A stretch of 64,000 nt of DNA from an uncultured delta proteobacterium (GTDB taxonomy: Bacteria; Desulfobacterota; Desulfomonilia; UBA1062): positions 32,001-96,000 of the forward strand of contig CAWAUM010000010.1 of the NCBI GenBank assembly GCA_963785235.1, given 5' to 3'. This document shows positions 61,700 through 64,000 of the stretch, piece by piece. The notes under the pieces were generated by a model. It searched no databases and was not told where the DNA came from. It saw only the letters and a list, made by a program, of their open reading frames with translations. The translations under genes were made by a program, and so were the position numbers. Position 1 is the first letter of the stretch; each line of letters begins with the position of its first letter.

Positions 61700-63267
61700 A
61701 TGAAGGTCAGTACCGTTTCCGAGATGAGGGCTTTTGACAAGGCTGCTCTTGTTCAGTTCGGCATCCCGGAGGTGTTGCTCATGGAGAATGCCGGCCTTGC
61801 CTCCTACGACGTCCTGATGAGCCGGTGCGGTATTGCGGGCAAGTCCTTTGTCGTCCTGGCCGGCATGGGAAACAACGGTGGTGACGGGTTTGTGGTGGCG
61901 CGCAAGATACTTTCCGGAGGCGGCAGCGTAAAGGTCTTCATCCTGGGTGATGCAGAAAAATACACAGGCCCTGCCCTGATCAACCTTGAGATTATCCGGA
62001 AGATGCCCATGGAGATTATCGAAGTCTCCACAGCAAGGACACTCAGAAGGGATATTGCAGGCTGCGACGTGATTATCGATGCCATCTTCGGCACCGGACT
62101 GGCCCGAGAAGTTGAGGGGCTCCACAAGAAAATCATCGAATCAGTAAATTCGAGCAAGAAGATCATTGTCAGCCTGGATATCCCTTCAGGCATAAACGGT
62201 GACACAGGCCAGGTAATGGGCTGTGCCGTGCGGGCCGACTATACCGTGACCTTCGGGCTGCCCAAGATCGGAAACCTCCTTATGCCTGGATTTCATCACT
62301 GCGGAAGGCTCTTTATCTCCCATATCTCCTTTCCGCCAAGCCTGTACGACTCCGATAAACTCAAGATCGCACTCAATGACCCCCCTTCCTCTCCCGCCAA
62401 GGGATCCTGCCGGCCACAAGGGTGACTTCGGAGAGGCGCTCTTCATTGCAGGGGCAAAGGGATACTATGGCGCACCGCATTTTGCAGCCCTGTCCTTCAT
62501 GAAGGCAGGCGGCGGGTATTCGCGTCTCGCTACACCGGAATCCATAACGCCCTTCATCGCATCCATGGGCAGCGAGATCGTCTTCCTTCCCCAGGAGGAA
62601 ACCGCATCAGGGAGCATCTCCCTTACGAACAAAGCCAGGCTTCTTGAAATCTCCGACAAGATGGACTTCGTGGTTTTGGGCCCTGGACTTTCACTCAATG
62701 AGGAGACCTCCACGCTCATGCCGCGAACTGGCACTCAGGATAAAAAAGCCCCTGCTCATTGACGGTGACGGCATAACCGCCATCAGTAAAGACCTCACCT
62801 GCATTAAAAAAAGGAAGGCACCCACCATCCTCACCCCGCACCTGGGCGAGATGGCCAGGATAACAGGTATACCGGTCAAGGATATTGACCATGACAGGAT
62901 CGGGACTCTCAGGAAAACCGCAGGTCAACTCGGCGCCATCATCGTGATCAAGGGCGCCCATACTCTCATCGGGTGTCCTGATGGGAGGGTATTCGTGAAC
63001 ATGAGCGGCAACCCGGGTATGGCCACTGCAGGCTCAGGCGATGTACTCACCGGGACCATTGCCGCCATGTATGGACTTGGCCTTTCCCTTGAGGATGCGG
63101 TGCGTAAAGGGGTCTTCATACACGGGGCCTCGGGCGACCTGGCAGCACAAGAAATAGGTGAAGACGGCATCACGGCCCAGGACATCCTCAATTATCTCCC
63201 TCACACAATGGTGCTGGACAGGAAGGGGGTGCTGGCAGGAGATTATGCCTTACCGGTAATTCTCTGA
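61700..63267 (+). CDS. nnr: Bifunctional NAD(P)HX epimerase/dehydratase (frameshifts ~62390 and ~62720)
   Basis: [45 protein letters not shown] across three ORFs. Confidence 0.92.
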
Positions 63268-63306
63268 CAGGTTAATCCTATCTTTTGCATGAAAAAACTG
63301 TCCTTT

Positions 63307-63346
63307 ACAAGATGGTCATCTCGCCATGGCGAGATGACCATCTTGT
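63307..63346. repeat. Perfect 40-bp palindrome without spacer
   Basis: ACAAGATGGTCATCTCGCCA directly followed by its reverse complement TGGCGAGATGACCATCTTGT. Confidence 0.95.
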
Positions 63347-63583
63347 TAAGGCTAATTAAGAAAGCCTGACATCATGCCCTGGGGAACGGGAGATCTTATC
63401 TAGACCTGTTGCCCTGCGACTATGACACCTGGATAAAATTATTTTCATTTCTCCTGTTAAGTAATCTCATGACCGTGTCGATAGAGTTACTAGCCAGAAA
63501 GAGTCAAAACTCTCTTCATAACTGCCAGGCCTCGATAGCTTGGCTTTTTTTTTACAAAATGTATGTCAACGCTTTTCAGCCTA

Positions 63584-64000
63584 TCAATAAGCACTGAGCA
63601 TGGTGACAAAATCCACCCATGTCACTGAATAACCCTGATTGCAGGAAAGGGTAGAATACTTCAGAAGATCCCGTGAGATGTTCAATCCCGGCGCAGGCAA
63701 GTAGATTGCCATACCGTGGGACCGGGCAACTGGGCTGTCTGTGTTGGGACAAAAGCTCTGGTCATCAATGACCAGATTATTGAGAATACCATCAAGCGCT
63801 GTGATTGAACTCAGGAGCTGTTCATTCGTAGTCTGCATTTTCAGCTGATCAAGAAAATCTCCCAGATCCCGGTAGATATAGGAATAGTACTCTTCCGTAT
63901 TTCCTATGGCAGTCCGGATATGTTCACCCTCGCTTGCCATAGTATTGATGAGGATGTTCGCAAGTTCATTCACCCCGAGATACACCTTTTCCAGCTCAGA
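63584..64000 (-). CDS. Clostripain-related peptidase, C-terminal part (partial)
   Basis: YRDLGDFL and SHGMAIYLP...W.DF resemble the C11 peptidase C-terminus; gene enters from the window edge. Confidence 0.65.
   Translation of the reverse strand, partial: SELEKVYLGVNELANILINTMASEGEHIRTAIGNTEEYYSYIYRDLGDFLDQLKMQTTNEQLLSSITALDGILNNLVIDDQSFCPNTDSPVARSHGMAIYLPAPGLNISRDLLKYSTLSCNQGYSVTWVDFVTMLSAY

Noticed and set aside
1-64000. CRISPR arrays, tRNA/rRNA, IS elements, prophage
   Set aside because: No spaced repeats, RNA gene signatures, transposase, integrase or phage genes recognised by eye; a covariance-model scan would be needed to exclude small RNAs.

Overview
Gene-dense bacterial chromosomal window. 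Gene content and protein style suggest an anaerobic deltaproteobacterium (Desulfobacterota/Syntrophales-like); this is inference only. I recognised no rRNA, tRNA, CRISPR array, integrase or transposase. About ten genes are broken by single-base indels, many in homopolymers, which looks like uncorrected long-read error. These breaks hide or distort several genes in the ORF track and create one false 1052-aa fusion. Main content: an MMPL transporter; a tightly coupled cydAB - inositol-phosphate synthase - TIM-barrel isomerase - UbiE - methyltransferase - FAD oxidoreductase cluster, facing a UbiA prenyltransferase and a cytochrome b5 protein; LTA-synthase-like, AsmA and MprF envelope genes; purF followed by an archaeal-type asparagine synthetase; an NhaR-divergent His-rich/CDF/DedA/HtpX module; signalling genes (PAS kinase, tandem cNMP, PilZ, GGDEF); acyl-CoA ligase plus a lone 2-hydroxyacyl-CoA dehydratase subunit; lysC with a structured leader; orphan motAB; yebC-ruvCAB; cyclophilin, MFS, PPi-type PFK, two HDAC-family genes, nnr and a partial clostripain. 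The best candidate for an undescribed system is the cytochrome bd-linked cyclitol/methyltransferase/prenyltransferase cluster, a possible inositol-derived quinone pathway (hypothesis). All calls come from reading motifs by eye; no database searches were run.
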